A stretch of 64,000 nt of DNA from Cycas panzhihuaensis (lineage: Eukaryota; Plantae; Cycadophyta). Shown piece after piece: positions 39,219 through 52,426 of the stretch. Each line of letters begins with the position of its first letter. Position 1 is the first letter of the stretch. The stretch spans positions 201,073,741-201,137,740 of the forward strand of contig CM041465.1 of the NCBI GenBank assembly GCA_023213395.1. Reading direction: 5' to 3'. The translations under genes were made by a program, and so were the position numbers. A model generated the notes under the pieces. That model was not told the origin of the DNA. It worked only from the letters and a program-made list of their open reading frames with translations, and did not search any database.

Positions 39219-42200
39219 ACCTATCTTAGAAAAGGGCATCATATCATAACAATGGTTGTGAAAGAATAAACAACCTAAGTAAAAGAATGGAGATGATAAA
39301 AGTGTGTGACTACTACTATAGCCCTATACATATTAAAGCAATAAAAAATGAACACCCCACCCTGCACAAATAAAATGCAAATAAAATGTGTATAGTGGTA
39401 GATGACCCCCCTACAACCTGTCATCAACACTTACACATAGTGAAAACAAACCTTAAAAATGATAATAACCTTATCTTTTCTAAAATATTATGATAAATAT
39501 TTTATTTCAATATATTGTATTTGGATTTTTTTGGTGGATTCATTATTTTGCATCTTCACAGGTGTAAGATGTTTTTACAAAAGGATTAAAATAATTTATA
39601 TTTACAAAAGTGTAATAAATCAATTTTAATATTTTTTTAAGTTTTCCAACCCCTAGTTGATCAACCCTCTTATCATATGCATTACCCATATGACTTCCAA
39701 CTTACTGCTAAACGGGACAAGCCTTTGTTTTCAAACTCTTAAGAGGTCATTGTCACTTTTTTTAGCGATATTTTGAGTATATGGACTTTGATTTCAATTT
39801 CATTAGTTGTGTTAGATTCGTAACTCAGAGATCTTCAATTGCACAGATCACTTGACATTTTTTTAAGCTAGTTTAATATAGAAATTTTAGTTCAAAGTTA
39901 AAGTTTTTTTTTTTTCATTTAGTTCTTTGTGATTCTTTTATCATTATCAGGCATATTAATATAGTTTTTAAGGTTTCATATCATCTTTTACACATTATCT
40001 TGATGTAATATACCCCAAATGAGGGGGTAAAATGTAAAATGTATTATATAAGCTTATTTTAAATTCTTGAGAACCTATCTATCATTAAATTTATCATTAA
40101 AGAAAGTCATTGTTCATTATATTTAAGTCGCATCTAATTTTTAGTCATATTTATGACATCAATACTAGACATATGTAAGTTTATAGTGACATGTTTAACC
40201 CCATAGAGGAATGTTTAAAATCCCATAATGGAAATTAGAGGCCATAATTCTCTTATGAGACCCTAGAGACTTTTGTTTATAGCCATAGATGCCAAAAAAC
40301 TATTATATTATCTCATATTGGTAAGAGGTAGGACCTCTTTTCAACTACTCACACATTTTTACTTTAGCTCACGTATTTAACCATATAGGATAGCATGCTC
40401 ATAAGGTGTAGCTAACTTAATGTTAATTGTACCACATACATGAAGGAGCATCCTAATTAACTGATAATCATAATGGCTAATTACCCATGTGATTTAGTGG
40501 ATGGAGCTCAATTCATATAGATGACAATAACATTTATGTTATATATAACTACTTATGTTCTAGCATATTTGAAAAGACTAATTTGTATTATTTTTTATAT
40601 AACATTTTATTTGATATAGTTATCTATTATAGGGGGAGCATTGGATGTAATATCTAATTACATAATAAACTTTATTCACACTCTATCACATATTATTATA
40701 TTTTATATTGTAGGCCGCTTTGAGTTATGTGGCACATTGAAATGTGTGATAACATACAATAGTTGACCATTGAGGGTTCTCTCACATATGGTGAAGTATT
40801 TTATAAGTATGTATATTATCATTTTCATAATTTAGAGTTTGACCATTCTTCCTAATTCTTATTATACTTAACCCCATGCATATTTTATTTATTTTATGCT
40901 TCATTTCATTATTCTTTTACTAGCTACTCCTTGTTTATCATTGGGTCTATATTACATGCTTCCAACTTATTCTAATATTTGATATCATAGCTTCACATTC
41001 TAATTCTAACATTAGGATCAACACTCATATAGATCTATTTATTGACTCATGCCTTTACTTAACAATGAGTCTTTATTAACAATGCATGTATGTTTTCGTA
41101 CTCTTAATATACTTTCCACAAGACAATACCATAAGAAGACTAATAAGCACCTATTAAACATTAGGCAAATGAAAATCTTAAATGGAAACCTATATGTGAA
41201 TGAAGTAGGGAGGCTTAAGAATATGGATAAATCAAATGAGTGTAATTAATGGATTCCATATAGATCTTCCTTATGGTAAAATAAATCAAATAAGAAGATG
41301 AAATGAAAAATGAAAGAAATATATAAGAGAGAAATTATTAAACTAAAAATATTATCAAGACAACGTTAGGCCCTCAAATAAACAAAAACACCTCTAGTGC
41401 TAATAAGCATAGAATAAAGATATCTTGAATGATCATTAGTAAAAATCACTAAGTATCACTTCATCATACAAGTGTGGTATCATGTAATAGCATGATATTT
41501 CTATGATAGCCCTTTATGTATGTCTTAAAAGAGAAGGTATAAGGGGTATTTATAGTAATTGATCCCTAAAAATACTAGTAACATTAATTACATAACTTTT
41601 GAGGAATAATTATGAAGTTGTCCTCTAGGCATCATGAGTTTGACCAAATTAGAGAAAGTGGAAATATAAAAAGAGAACAACTCCTTCATATGGTATCTAT
41701 TTTTGAACCATAACCACTTAACTCACATCTAATTGAAGAGATATAGATAAAGAATTAGGTGACACAATCAATTGCATTTAAACATAAGGCTTAAAATGTA
41801 AAAGGAATATAATGTGAGATGAAAAACAACAAAAAAGACTTAAGTTGACCAAAATGAATTACTCAAAGTGTCATTAACTAATGGTTAACTCATAAGATAA
41901 TTAACTCAGAGGAAAACTTAATCCATATAAACTAATTCAAGGGAGTATTGGCTCATGTCAATTAAAAAATATCACTTAGACGAGTAATTAAGAAGTGAAA
42001 CAAAGAAAAGTATACAAAATAAAATAAAATATATGAGATAAAATAAATAAGAGAAAAAAACCACAATGGAAAAAATATATGACTTTGACTATTAAGTATA
42101 TTAACTCAACCTACATAGTTATATCTCTATAATAGAACATATTATTAGGGACAAATCCCATATTATCACTAATAAAGGGAAGATGTGATATATATAAGTA

Positions 42201-42649
42201 AACAAGCAAATGCCCAATCAAATGCATATGTAAGAAAAGTGACAAGAAAATATATATGACTAAATGTAATGTTAAGAAAATGATAAGCATCATATGCATA
42301 TATAAGATGTGATGGAAAGAGAATATACTTGAGATTCCTATATTGAGGATAGGAAGCCCAAAATTAGGGAAACAAATTTCTTTAATATATCATTATGGGA
42401 TCCTTATTCTTATGCTTTAGTAATTTGTTTTCTTTATACATATAATGGTACATGCTATAAATGAATAAACTCCATAACTAAAGTTTCTTTGGATATTATT
42501 ATATATTTTGAAGTTATATTCCTTAATTCAAGTAATAATCCCCTTTGGTTAGACTTAGTTAGTTTGGATGTCACTTATTCTTTATTTCCTTGATCTAAAT
42601 AACACATTAATAACTCAATGGATTAGACATGAAGTTTTTTCTCTTAGTA

Positions 42650-42890
42650 TACTAGACTATCATTAGACTTGCATGAAATTAAATGATGCACATAAACTGA
42701 CATTTAAAATTACACATAAAAATTACAAATTTATAATAATATTATTTGGGTTATCCAATGCATTTATAACTTTCATGTATCTAATGTATAATATCTCTAG
42801 ATCCTACTTAGATAATTTTCTATTGGTCTTCCTAAATAACATACTAATTCATTTCCATAATAGAGAGTACCATCAAGAATATAGGAGGAG
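42650..42890 (+). pseudogene. Isolated gypsy RT core fragment
   Basis: DYH*TCMKLNDAHKLTFKITHKNYKFIIILFGLSNAFITFMYLM...YLDNFLLVFLNNILIH corresponds to GYHQ..KTAF..YEF.VMPFGL.NAP.TF..FFDDILIY. Confidence 0.85.
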
Positions 42891-45800
42891 ATATAATTGG
42901 ATAACCCCATGAATTGTTAGAAACAATACCAATGTAATGGCCCAAAGGTTCAAAAATTAGGCCAAATACAAATGCATTAGATCTAATGATATGTTTATCA
43001 TAGGATTAAATAATATTATATATATATATAAATAAATATCATATCTTATTAGCCAATCATAATGATCTTTAAGATAATTAAGTAATTTCTTATTTGCTTT
43101 AATTATTTCTCTAATTATAATCAATATATTAATTTCTTAATAATCCTTATTCTTGTTCAATTAGACCTATTTAGGTGTATTATAAATAGTGTATGCGTTC
43201 CTAGAAAACCATACATATTACAAACTTAATATGTGTTTGGGTAAATATAAATGCACTATTTAAGAAGCATCATTTTGAAAAGGTGGTGACAACTAATCTT
43301 AAAAAGATTAAGAGCATAACATACTGGCCCATTCAACCTTTAATAGTAAAAGAAATAGTATCACTAGAACTAGTAGCTTACTATAAAGATATTATGGAGG
43401 TTTATTATCATGTTAAAATTCCATTTTTCACTTTTTAAAAGAAAGGATAAAATTTTAAGCAACCTCAATAACATAAAAAAAAAATCTTTAACAACTTAAA
43501 ACACCTGCTTATAAACATTTATATTTTATTACCTCCCTTGCACCCCCTCAAACCAACATGAATAAAGTTTTCTATATTTATAAATTCAAGTAGAGAGGAT
43601 TTAGTTGTCTACTAAGATGAGATTATATGATAGTACAACATAAGAGTACCTAAGTCAAGAAAAATGAAAGGAACCACCGCATACATGATCTATAATTAGT
43701 TATAATTATTTGTATTTTTAAATTATGGATACATTACTTGCAAATTAAATATCCTAAATTTAGAATGGATCATAAACGTGTATAATACATCTTTATCTAA
43801 CTTTATTTGAATGTAAAACAAAGAATATATATGTAATGACTTAGTGAATTTTTTGATGTGGTTTACATGCTTGGAGAGGAAAATGCAACATCTTTATAAT
43901 ATTACTATAGAATAAAATATAATACAAATAATCATTAAATAATAATTAATAATAGGCAATATAAAGAAAGTTGGGAGACCTTGTCACCATGGAAGAAAGT
44001 TTGATAACTCTATCACTTATGTTAGAAAAAATCTACAATGAAACATACATACATAAATAAGGTGTTTAAGACACAACAATAAACATACTTAAAAATAAAG
44101 TAATCATCAATAAAGAAACAATAAAGCTCATGGGAAATAATCATCTCCAAAAATTATATTTTGAGAAAGTGCATACTTATAAATATATACACCTCATGAA
44201 TGTCTAATTACATTTGAGAACCTTCATTGAGACCTATAAGAGTGCACGTGAAGATGTAAAGATTTACACAACTCTCTATAGGCTCACATATTCATGCCTA
44301 TAAAAGAGAAGGGCTTTGCAAATAGTTTTTCATTAATAATTAAATATTATACTTAACAACCAACCCCCCACCCCTTGCAAACAAAAAAAGAAAATTAAGT
44401 TAAACATAAAATGTAATATCACATAAACATTTTCTCCTCATATAATACAATAAGATGTTATTTCCTAAACCAATAAGCTCTCTTCCCATCTAATGATTTA
44501 TGAGCCTTCTTAAACTTGTATCCAATTATTGACATCCATATAAGGTAATGACCATCTACTAAATTGCATTGACAACTAACCATTACATATGCTAATCTTC
44601 TAGGAAGTTTTCTAGTACGTAATTCACCAACTATCAACACTATATCTTGGTATAATGGCTAGTCTAAATCTCAATTTAGTGGTTGGCCTTGATCATAATA
44701 TTAAATCTTGTCCCTTGTTCCATCATAATGTCAAATCTTAACCCTTGCTTGGTCATAAACATATTTTAGCAACTTTAATATTTAAATAGCATAAAATAAG
44801 TGATAAAATTAATATATTTCATCTCTCTCTCTCTCTTCAAAATAATCGGTTCTCATTATATTAAATATATTAAATGACTTTTTAGCAAATAAAACCATTC
44901 TAGAATTAATAAAATGTCAATTCTCTCTTTTAATGAAGAGGGCATTTTTTTTCCTCATTTTTTCTCTTTAAAGAGATCAACATGTATGGGGGGGAATAAA
45001 TTCTCTCTCTACCTTTTTTTATTAATAAATAAACTAAGGACATTCATTGTTAAACATTCACAAGCATTACTATATACTCAAGAACCCTTAAATTATTAAG
45101 AGAAAGCTAAATCATGCTTCAAATTACTAAAAAAGGACCTTATAAGTATACTAGATTTTAATATACTAATTTCAACTATTAAAATATTTATCGAAGAATC
45201 AATAAAGCATACCTTATAATTAATCAATTCATCTATATCTGAACCCTCTTTCCAATGGTTTAGAGAAATCAAAATTCTATCACTATATACTCAAAATATA
45301 CCAAAAAAGTGGTTGTCTATCATAAAAAAATAAAATTGGGCTAGAAATTTCCTTTTACACTTCAATTTTTTTGCACTTGATTAGGAGAAAACACCATCCC
45401 ATTATAGGAAAAAGGCGATTAGGGGTTGGGTAGACTTGAAGTGACATTATAATATAATTAAATTGCATCTTAACTTTAGAATAAATAAAAATAAAAAGTT
45501 ATGTCATGTGGCTTGCACTTTTGTCATAAACATTTGACGACATATCTCTTCTATTTTAAGCTAAATATGAGGCAACATATCATAAATCTAAGCTTCTCAC
45601 TATATCATGAAGCCTCTGAGATGGATTTCCAACCATATAACTTGAAGAAAATGCAAAAAGCTGAGGTTTTACTAACATGGAATCAACATACTGATGGAAT
45701 CATATGATTTTTATTTTTTAATTTTGAATATAACTGAAGTAAATAATTAATATATAATAATTACCTACATCACAACAATACCTTATAAATCTTTATGCAT

Positions 45801-46241
45801 CCCTAGATCATAAAAAAAATGTGGAAAATAGATGGATACATCAACACAAAGTCATCCAACATGTCATTTAGGTTTTTAAATTGTGCATTGATTATGTGTG
45901 CTTCTGTGGGTGGATTTAGAGCCTAAACATTTCTATATCTATGTTGCTAAACAATATATATACCTCCAAACATCAATATTTAGTTCATAAAACCCTTTAT
46001 CAATAAGAAAAATAATTATGAATAATAAAATAGTTCTAATTTTAAATAGAGAGGGAAAACATACGCTGCATTGAATCTCAGTTAGTCATTCTATCAAATC
46101 TAAACTAGGAAACCATAATAAACATGTTGTCCACTGATCAAAGAATATTTCTACAGCCTCATAATCAAAAAATACATAGAAAACAAAGAACTATCAAATA
46201 AATAATCACTTAAAAAGTGCTAAATATTGTTGATTTTTTAA

Positions 46242-46244
<3 letters not shown>

Positions 46245-46276
<32 letters not shown>
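46245..46276. repeat. (CT)16 microsatellite
   Basis: Direct reading. Confidence 0.95.
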
Positions 46277-46280
<4 letters not shown>

Positions 46281-47029
46281 CATTTTTTAGCATTCCTCTT
46301 TCATCACAGTCATAATTTAATCCAACATTTTAATGCATAGCCAACCCTATACTAAATAATTTCAAATATTATAGAAACACAATTAAAATAGCATTTTAAT
46401 AAAATATTTTATAAAACCATCCATGCATAAAAATTTAAATTCTTTAATGGTCCATCCATGCCTTTCTCCACTGCATCATCTTGCTATATAATTGTCCCTT
46501 TTCAATCTACCTAACTCATCATAAGCACTAGCTTACAAACACTTCAATATTATTAAAGATAATTTAATGGTGAAGAAAAAATAATAAAAAACCTAAGAAG
46601 TCGATTATTTGTCACAATGAATCCTTGTTTGGAGTGAAAAATATCTACCTAAGAATATTCTCATATATAGTATGATAAAGGATATGGAAGAGCAAATGCA
46701 ATACCTTTATTAAATTATAAAAGCTAAGATTACAAAATATCTCTTACAAATGGCATAATAGAAATAAATGAGCACTAAAGTACTTTCTCTCAAGAAGGCA
46801 AATTAAACTAATAATCCTTTATAAATAATCTCTAACCTTTAAATAGACAAAAGAGGGTCTCTCTCTTAAACAATCCTATTGGTGGCCCTAACGAGCTTAC
46901 ATATCATTGGAGGGCTCAGCAACCCATATATAAAACTTAATGGATAACACCAATACTTAACCCTTTGATGGATTCTATAAGCTAGTATAATTGTCTGCTT
47001 ATGAAGATGGAGTTATGTTATAGGTCCCC

Positions 47030-47644
47030 CCTATAAGATGTTGAGTTTTTAAAGCATTGGAGATGAGAGTACTAGTTGACAAACTCATCAAATTTTTAAG
47101 TTGCTTCTTTTGCATCATAACTAACCCAATGCACTAGATGCTTAGAAATAGTGTGCCTTTGGAGGTGGCACTAATGATTGGCAAGGATCCATTTTATTAA
47201 AATTGTGAGGTTTTATTCATCATTGGTAATGAGAAGGATGGTATGGGATGTAATGTTTCTACCCAAGTATTTTTTAAGGTAAGAGACACGAAAGATATTA
47301 TATATATTAGTGTCTAGAGGAAGTTCAAGGGCATATACAACTTTACCAATCTTTAAAAGAACTTTATATAGACCATAATAATGGGGGCCTAGCTTATGAC
47401 CTTAATGGGATTTGAGGGATTATTATTTATATAGATGGAGGTGGAGGAAAACTAGATCTTTAATATTAAATGATTGATCAGACTGATGGTAATCAATGAG
47501 TTATTGCATATGATTTCTTACATTAGCTTGGTTTTGCTTAAGGTTAGGAAGGATTTGGTCTATCTCTTAAAGTTTATATTAGGTTAAGGCAATCTAAAAA
47601 TTGGTCACTAAGGTATAATGTGAAGGGGGATGATAATCATATAA
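47030..47644 (-). pseudogene. pol: Integrase C-terminus (GPY/F) and chromodomain
   Basis: HKLGPHYYGLYKV...YALELP...IFRVSYLKK; KHLVHWVSYDAKEAT*. Confidence 0.88.
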
Positions 47645-48030
47645 TGTTAGAGTTAATAGTTATCACTCCACTCCCGCCTTCTAACCAGGGGAGCACACCT
47701 CATCTTCTTCAATTCACATATGTGGGTGCTCAACATGTGTAGGTAAGTCAAGGTAAGTTAATATTAATTTGAGTTAAGCTTACTTTGAGTTAAGCTTATA
47801 TTATTTTATTGTAATTTGAATTTAAGGGGTTGAGGAGTTTTCCTCCTCCAAAATTATAAATATTGAGGGGTATGCAACCCTACTGTCTTCAGATACCACC
47901 TACAACATTGCATATTTGTAACTCTCTACAATATGGATTAAATACAATGGCTTTCTTGTTCATGCTACAATGATCTATTGAAGTTTCGATTACTAGATTC
48001 ATGTTCTGCCTTATTCTCCTTACATTTTTA

Positions 48031-48137
48031 TTTCCTTCATTTGGTATCAAAGCTTAGTTTTGCTCCATTTTGTTTCCTTTATCTGGTATCAGAGCTTAGT
48101 TTTGCTCCATTTTGTTTCCTTTATTTGGTGTCAGAGC
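48031..48137 (+). repeat. 42-bp tandem repeat of LTR end plus tRNA-iMet PBS (3 PBS copies)
   Basis: Unit TTTCCTTTATCTGGTATCAGAGCTTAGTTTTGCTCCATTTTG. Confidence 0.95.
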
Positions 48138-48239
48138 TAACGATTGCTGGCTTGCTAAATTTTTTTAAGAAGAGCAATAAGATTTATTAGTATTTTAAGG
48201 CAGATTTACTTACAACAACAATATCGGTTATAATTATTT

Positions 48240-49200
48240 TCTACAAGTTTTTTTTTTCAGCAGTTTCTTATATTTTTATCAAAGATTTACTTATTATTAA
48301 GTTATATTTATGCTATAACAAAGATATTTTAGATTTATGCAGGTGCACAGCTAAAAAATAACAAATATTAAGTTTTATCACTCTACAAGTGGTTTTATCA
48401 ATAGGTTTTATATTATTCTATCATATATTTGGCATTTTTCAGGCATATTTTATCTATTATGTTATATTTTTCTAGATCTACGCAGGATTTTAGCTGTAAA
48501 CTACATTTTTTTCAAAGTTTTCCTCAAATCTGAATTATATTTTTTTAGATCTACACATCTTATCATATATTTGACTATTTTCAAGAATATTTCTATTTAT
48601 TTATCTAATATTTTCTTAGATTTGTGAAGGATTTCAGCTACATGCAATAATTAACAAAATTTACTTCAAGATCTACTATAGTTTTCTCAAATCTGGAATA
48701 TTTTACTCTAGATTTACTAAAGTTTTCTTCAGATCTGAGTTATACTTTTTTAGATCTGCATATTTTACTAAATATTTTACCATTTTCTGCTACATTTGGT
48801 TAAGATCTGCTATATTTCATTTCAGACCTACTTATTTCAGTAATTGTTTCAACATTTTCTAGTACATTTATTTCATATCTATAACATTTGGTTATGATTT
48901 GTTGTATTTTCTTTTATATCTAAATTTTTTCATCACATATTTGACTATATTTTCAAGTATTTTATATATTTGCAAGTGTTTGGTGCATATTTTGCCCAAC
49001 AAACCATATATTATAGTAGATCCACTTATATTTGACTTATGTGGAAGAAGATCTATCTACTAGAAGTTTTTTTTTTAAGATCATTTTCGACTACAAATTT
49101 GCTATAGCTGCTTATCACGTTCCTTGTTTTATTTTCAGATTCAAATATATATATATAGATATATCTTATTTTTTCTAATATATCTACTGTAATATATTTT
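48240..49200. repeat. Degenerate T-rich repeats with a recurrent AGATCT/AGATTT core in the element leader
   Basis: Recurrent TTTT.AGATCT.CA.ATTTT words. Confidence 0.55.
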
Positions 49201-49569
49201 AAAATTTTTGGATACAAACGTATATGCATCTTATTTATTTAATATATTTCTGTTGTATTAGAAAATTTTCTGGTTCATTTGTGCTCCATTGAATCAACAA
49301 AAACTACATTGAATCGCCAGTTTTTTTGACTTTATATATAAATATTTTCATTTAAATATTTTTCATTACCATTTTAAGTGATAAGATTGTATATTTCAAC
49401 CTATCTTGGCTAAGCTTTCAGTCTATTTTCTCAGTCTCTTTCATTACCATAGCTTCTTATGTGATTTACGAAGAGCTCATTTGTCATTTCAATTAAAACC
49501 TTTGTATGTCATTACCATTCTTTACATGGCATGATAGTTATCTCTTTATCTTTATATTTATACTTCAGA

Positions 49570-50309
49570 TTCAGGTCTAGCAGTAGACATTGAGACAAGA
49601 GGTGCATTCAAAGAATGTGAAAGAAGCCTCATTTTGAACACTAGAATCTAATGCAATCTTGATGTAACATTCTGGTAACATTCTTAAGAGGAACTTTTGT
49701 AAGAAACCCAAGATCCATTCATATATTTCCAAGTTACATTTTGGAATGCACAAACACTACACAAACATAACATTATATAATTCTTTGTACAAGATATACA
49801 TAAAAAAAAAACACTAGCTCCACCGCTATAATAGCATCCTAACCCACTATAGCATAATATAACAGTCTATGACATTAACCCTTCTCCATTATTTTCTTCC
49901 TTCTGAACCCTTCCTTATTGAGGTGCAAGTTTCCCATTCATATTTCTTGGTAATTCTCCCCCTTAACTTTTACACAGAAATAAGGCAGAAGCCAAGTAGC
50001 ATTCTACTTATAAACAGTACCAATAATAGCCCACGTAATCCCTTATTTGAAAACATTACCATCAGGGCTAATTGACATTACAAATAGTCATATAAGTATT
50101 ATGTCATAGCCCTACCAACAACTTCTTGTCACTAACAAGGAACATATCATAAGGTGAATGTACTAGTTGTAGATCTCAATTGGAATAACACCATTAACCA
50201 ACATCACAATAAAATGCATCTATTAAGAATCGCTTAGACAATCAAGTAGTAATTAATGAAAATCATCTCCACACAACCTATAGTGCTTGTAGTCAAAGTA
50301 TGCATAGAA
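49570..50309 (-). other. Probable 3' UTR of the captured ADF transcript
   Basis: Non-repetitive, U/G-rich on the minus strand, directly after the native ADF stop; no poly(A); left boundary approximate. Confidence 0.5.
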
Positions 50310-50579
50310 CTAAAGTGCTCTCTCTCTGATCACATCTATACCCATCTCAGTGGGGTCTGTTGCTTGAACTTTGCATTAGATTTCGTCCATCTCCCTCTTA
50401 AATCTATCCTTTGAGCTTGCATAGAGCATCTTATTTCTTACCCTAGAAGCATCAGGAGACCATGCAATGAAGAATATCTTGCTCTGTTGACAGTTCTCAT
50501 CGGTGACAAAGTCAAAGTCATAAACCGCATATCTACATTCCCTCTCAGGAAGGCTTACAATGAAACTATCATAGCTTTC
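50310..50579 (-). pseudogene. ADF: Processed, 5'-truncated actin-depolymerizing factor (ADF/cofilin) pseudogene
   Basis: [88 protein letters not shown]; premature TAA at the conserved Q; no intron in the W codon of FIAW. Confidence 0.95.
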
Positions 50580-52426
50580 AATAAGATAGTGATCTCCATT
50601 TAGCCTCTGTTCAATCACGGTGGCAACATCTAGATATCTACAACCTGCACTGGTGAGGGAGAAAGACTGTGTTTGTTGTAATTTGAAGAAGATCCACCTA
50701 GACCGCCTAGCGCCCAATAATATTTTGACAGCTCTGCAAACCTCAGTTGGAGCTCCAGGTGACCCTTTGATAGCGACAACATCTGTAAACAACTATTACA
50801 ATGATAGTAGAGGCACAGTAAACAACAACTCCCTAAAAATTTCAAATGTTTTTTAATTATATTTTTTATTTTATGTTATGAAGTTTTAAAAAAATTAAAT
50901 TCAATTGAATAAATTTTGAGTTCCAAGGTTTTAAAAGCCCTAGGCCCTATTTAGATCTTAGCCCCAGTCACGAGATCATTTCCAAGTGATCTTTAGCTTA
51001 TTCAAAAGGGGGGTTTATAACTTTATAACATTTTCCTTTTATTTTTTAATTTTTTATTTTTACATAAGGTTACTGGCAAAGTTTTACTATAACTCCTCAC
51101 TAGGTCATTAGTTTCTAACGAAACTAGTTTTATTGTGTCAGAAATTTTTCATAGATTGATTTTGACTAGTTATATGACCAATTTGGACCTAATTTAACCC
51201 TATTTCAGTTGATTTAAATTCAATCAATCATTTTTTTAGCATTTTTTAAACTTTTTATAAAATCACTTTTTTAACTGATTATATTTTATTACCGGGTAAC
51301 TATTTTCTGCCCAGATCTATTCTACTGCAATCTACTTTCAATAAAATTCATTACCAACTATTTATTTTAATTTTTAGATTTTTTTTTTGTCATTATTTTA
51401 ATCACTAAAAATAACACTTTGGTGTTTTTTCAATATTTTTTAACTTTTTTACCATAAAAGTACTTGTCACTAATTTCATTATAATAATTTTGTTTTACAT
51501 TAGAATTCAATTCCGTCAGTTTTTTAGGGAATCTAACTCACTCCCCTTCGATTTGACACTATTTTTTGTAAGTTTTGAAGTGCTTTTACTGATTTTCAAA
51601 TTGACCAAATTTGAGGTACTTAATTACCTCAAATCTGCCATATTTACACATTTACATATATTATTTCTCAAAATTTTTAGCTAAAAATACATGAAACAGC
51701 TCTTTAAACTTTATGTGACCATTTTTCATCATTTTATAAGTACTTTATTAATATTTTTATACTATTTTGAGCTCTCTGCTCCTGTTAAGTCTCAAAAAGA
51801 TGTATGTACCTTTGATTCATCAAATATTGACTTGTAAGAATCCATTTTCAAAATGGTCAATTCCATTGGATACATATTTTATTAATCTTCATACTGGTGA
51901 AATTTTATCTCATTCTAACACTATTTATGATAGCTTTGAAGTTGCCAAACTTGAGGTTATCCTTTAAACATTTCTTTTAAGGAGTACAATATCTTTTTTT
52001 ACTCAAAAATTTCTTAATATTCTTTATATTTCAAAGTAAAAATACTCATATATATTTCAATTTCAGTATTATATATTACTATCAAGGCAAAGGATTTATT
52101 ACATTGAGAGTTTATATTTATTCATTTAAAAAATTAAAAGGTTAAAGATTATTTTTTATCATCAAAGTTCATTTTAAATTTGCATATATATACATTATAT
52201 TTCAAAGTTTACTCTAAAAGCATACTTATTCAAAGCCTTTTTTCATTTATTATTATTGAAAGGATCATTGTTTACACTTTCAAAAAGTTTATTTAAAATC
52301 ATATATATTCATTGGTTTATTGACCTTTTTGACTTGGTAAAAGCATACCTTATATATACTAAAGTTTTTTGATAAAATGACACAATTTCTTATATTCAAT
52401 GGGCATAATTTTTCATAATGGTATAG

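Larger units (their letters stand above)
37298..41011 (+). mobile_element. Non-autonomous LTR element (3.7 kb) with a non-coding interior
   Basis: LTRs 37298-37633 and 40639-41011; PBS TGGTATTAGAGC at 37636; PPT AGGGGGAG at 40631; TSD GTAGG/TTAGG. Confidence 0.88.

Noticed and set aside
38893-39269. HT/YI/CV-rich ORFs (also 9209-9400)
   Set aside because: Translations of microsatellites
44545-44620. 5S rRNA-like (Cassandra) segment around CTTCTAGGAAGT
   Set aside because: Only a short C-box-like match; no convincing A-box
50376-50792. 138-aa ORF as a functional ADF gene
   Set aside because: The N-terminal half is not clearly ADF, a premature stop removes the conserved C-terminus, and it lies inside an LTR element
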